From contig OZ024742.1 of NCBI GenBank assembly GCA_964016885.1, positions 347,448,001 to 347,512,000 of the forward strand: a stretch of DNA of 64,000 nucleotides, read 5' to 3'. Both the position numbers and the translations under genes were made by a program. This DNA comes from Eledone cirrhosa. Lineage: Eukaryota. Positions 61,701 to 64,000 of the stretch are shown here, one piece after another; within the stretch, counting starts at the first letter, position 1, and each line of letters begins with the position of its first letter. The notes beneath the pieces are model-generated. The model was not told the DNA's origin and searched no databases. It was given only the letters and a program-made list of their open reading frames with translations.

Positions 61701-64000
61701 CCCCATCACATCTCTATATCACAGTCTTCTCTCAGCCCATCACATCTCTATATCACAGTCTTCTCTCACCCCATCACATCCCTATAACACAAACTTCTCT
61801 CACCTCATCACATCTCTATATCACAGTCTTCTCTCACCCCATCACATCTCTATAACACAGTCTTCTCTCACCCCATCATATCTCTATAACACAGTCTTCT
61901 CTCATCCCTTCACATCTCTATAACACAGTCTTCTCTCACCTCATCACATCTCTATATCACAGTCTTCTCTCACTCCATCACATCTCTATATTAGTCTTCT
62001 CTCACCCCATCACATCTCTATATCACAGTCTTCTCTCACCCCATAACATCTCTATATCACAGTCTTCTCTCACTCTATCACATCTCTATAACACAGTCTT
62101 CTCTCACCTCATCACATCTCTATATCACAGTCTTCTCTCACCCCATCACATCTCTATAACACAGTCTTCTCTCACCCCATCACATCTCTATATCACAGTC
62201 TTCTCTCACCCCATAACATCTCCATATCACAGTCTTCTCTCACCCCATCACATCTCTATATCACAGACTTCTCTCACCTCATCACATCTCTATATCACAG
62301 TCTTCTCTCACTCCATCACATCTCTATAACACAGTCTTCTCCTACCCCATCACATCTCTATATCACAGTCTTCTCTCATCCCATCACATCTCCATATCAC
62401 AGTCTTCTCTCACCCCATCACATCTCTATGTAAGTCTTCTCTCATCCCTTCAAATCTCTATAACACAGTCTTCTCTCACCTCATCACATCTCTATATCAC
62501 AGTCTTCTCTCACTCCATCACATCTCTATATTAGTCTTCTCTCACCCCATCACATCTCTATATCACAGTCTTCTCTCACCCGATCACATCTCTATATCAC
62601 AGTCTTCTCTCACCTCATCACATCTCTATAACACAGTCTTCTCTCACCCCATCACATCTCTATAACGCAGTCTTCTCTCACCCCATCACATCTATATATC
62701 ACAGTCTTCTCTCACCCCATCACATCTCTATATCACAGTCTTCTCTCGTCCAATCTCATCTCTATATCAGTCTTCTCTCACCCCATCATATCTCTATATC
62801 ACAGTCTTCTCTCACCCCATCACATCTCTATAATACAGTCTTCTCTCACCCCATCACATCTCTATAACACAGTCTTCTCTCATCCCATCACATATCTATA
62901 TCAGTCTTCTCTCACCCCATCACATATCTATATCACAGTCTTCTCTCATCCCATCACATCTCTATATCAGTCTTCTCTCACCCCATCATATCTCTATATC
63001 ACAGTCTTCTCTCACCCCATCACATCTCTATATCAGTCTTCTCTCACCCCATCACATCTCTATATCACAGTCTTCTCTCACCTCATCACATCTCTATATC
63101 ACAGTCTTCTCTCATCCCATCACATCTCTATATAAGTCTTCTCTCACCCCATCACATCTCTATAACAGTCTTCTCTCATCCCATCACATCTCTATATCAC
63201 AGTCTTCTCTCACCCCATCACATCTCTATAACAGTCTTCTCTCATCCCATCACATCTCTATATCAGTCTTCTCTCATCCCATCACATCTCTATATCAGTC
63301 TTCTCTCACCCCATCACATCTCTATATCACAGTCTTCTCTCACCCCATCATATCTCTATATCACAGTCTTCTCTCACCCCATCACATCTCTATATCACAG
63401 TCTTCTCTCACCCCATCACATCTCTATAACACAGTCTTCTCTCACCCCATCACATCTCTATAACACAGTCTTCTCTCATCCCATCACATCTCTATAACAC
63501 AGACTTCTCTCACCTCATCACATCTCTATAACAGTCTTCTCTCACCCCATCACATCTCTATATCACAGTCTTCTCTCACCCCATCACATCTCTATAACAG
63601 TCTTCTCTCACCCCATCACATCTCTATAACACAGTCTTCTCTCATCCCATCAAATCTATAACACAGACTTCTCTCACCTCATCACATCTCTATATCACAG
63701 TCTTCTCTCACCCCATCACATCTCTATAACACAGTCTTCTCTCACCCCATCACATCTCTATAACTCAGTCTTCTCTCACCCCATCACATCTCTATAACAG
63801 TCTTCTCTCACCCCATCACATCTCTATAACACAGTCTTCTCTCATCCCATCACATCTCTATATCACAGTCTTCTCTCACCCCATCACATCTCTATATCAC
63901 AGTCTTCTCTCACACCATCACATCTCTATATCACAGTCTTCTCTCACCCCATCACATCTCTATAACTCAGTCTTCTCTCACCCCATCACTTCTCTATATC
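58780..64000. repeat. Tandem higher-order duplication, period 2721 bp; the second copy runs off the window end
   Basis: CACGTCTC G at 58853/61574; ATAACGCAG G at 59946/62667; CATCACTT at 61269/63990; all +2721. The odd period reflects a 33-bp unit (TATAAACAG) near 61441. Confidence 0.93.

Larger units (their letters stand above)
1..64000. repeat. Tandem satellite/minisatellite array, 34-bp consensus CAGTCTTCTCTCACCCCATCACATCTCTATATCA with frequent 32-bp variants; about 1,900 units, one orientation, open at both ends
   Basis: Read directly: AGTC at 121 recurs at 155 (34 bp), and the period persists to base 64000. Common variants are CACCCC/CATCCC/CACCTC/CACTCC in the C tract, ATCAC/ATCTC, and tails TATCACAG/TAACACAG (34 bp) versus TATCAG/TAACAG/TGTAAG/TATTAG (32 bp). 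Copy number is estimated as 64000/~33.5. Confidence 0.99.

Noticed and set aside
1-64000. CRISPR array (unit length resembles a direct repeat)
   Set aside because: Units are directly adjacent with no unique spacers, and there is no leader, palindrome or cas gene.
1-64000. Telomeric repeat or telomerase product (strong G/C strand bias)
   Set aside because: There is no TTAGGG, TTAGG or TTTAGGG-type unit. The heterogeneous 32/34-bp units with kb-scale inherited variant order point to recombinational amplification. A subtelomeric location cannot be excluded.
1-64000. G-quadruplex or i-motif array from GGGG/CCCC
   Set aside because: There is only one tract per unit, loops are about 30 nt, and the tract is often broken by C>T variants, so it does not fit the canonical pattern.
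1-64000. Diversity-generating cassette system or deliberately encoded information in the variant order
   Set aside because: No recombinase, reverse transcriptase, expression site or reading-frame constraint is present. Mutation plus duplication adequately explains the order.

Overview
All 64 kb is one uninterrupted head-to-tail tandem array (satellite or very long minisatellite) that runs off both ends of the window. The consensus unit is 34 bp, CAGTCTTCTCTCACCCCATCACATCTCTATATCA, interspersed with 32-bp length variants, giving roughly 1,900 units. I see no unique sequence, inversion, genuine gene, RNA gene, mobile element or CRISPR spacer, and the supplied ORFs are by-products of the repeat. 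The real information is the order of the variant units. It records nested duplications from about 70 bp to about 7.5 kb, a recurring 4-5 unit cassette, a switch in variant repertoire near 38.7 kb, and a 17+17 bp / pentamer substructure that fits the rare odd-length units. The array looks eukaryotic, but I cannot identify the organism or repeat family. I found no evidence of a new protein-coding system. Offsets were measured by eye from rare marker bases, and block boundaries are approximate (about +/-100 bp).
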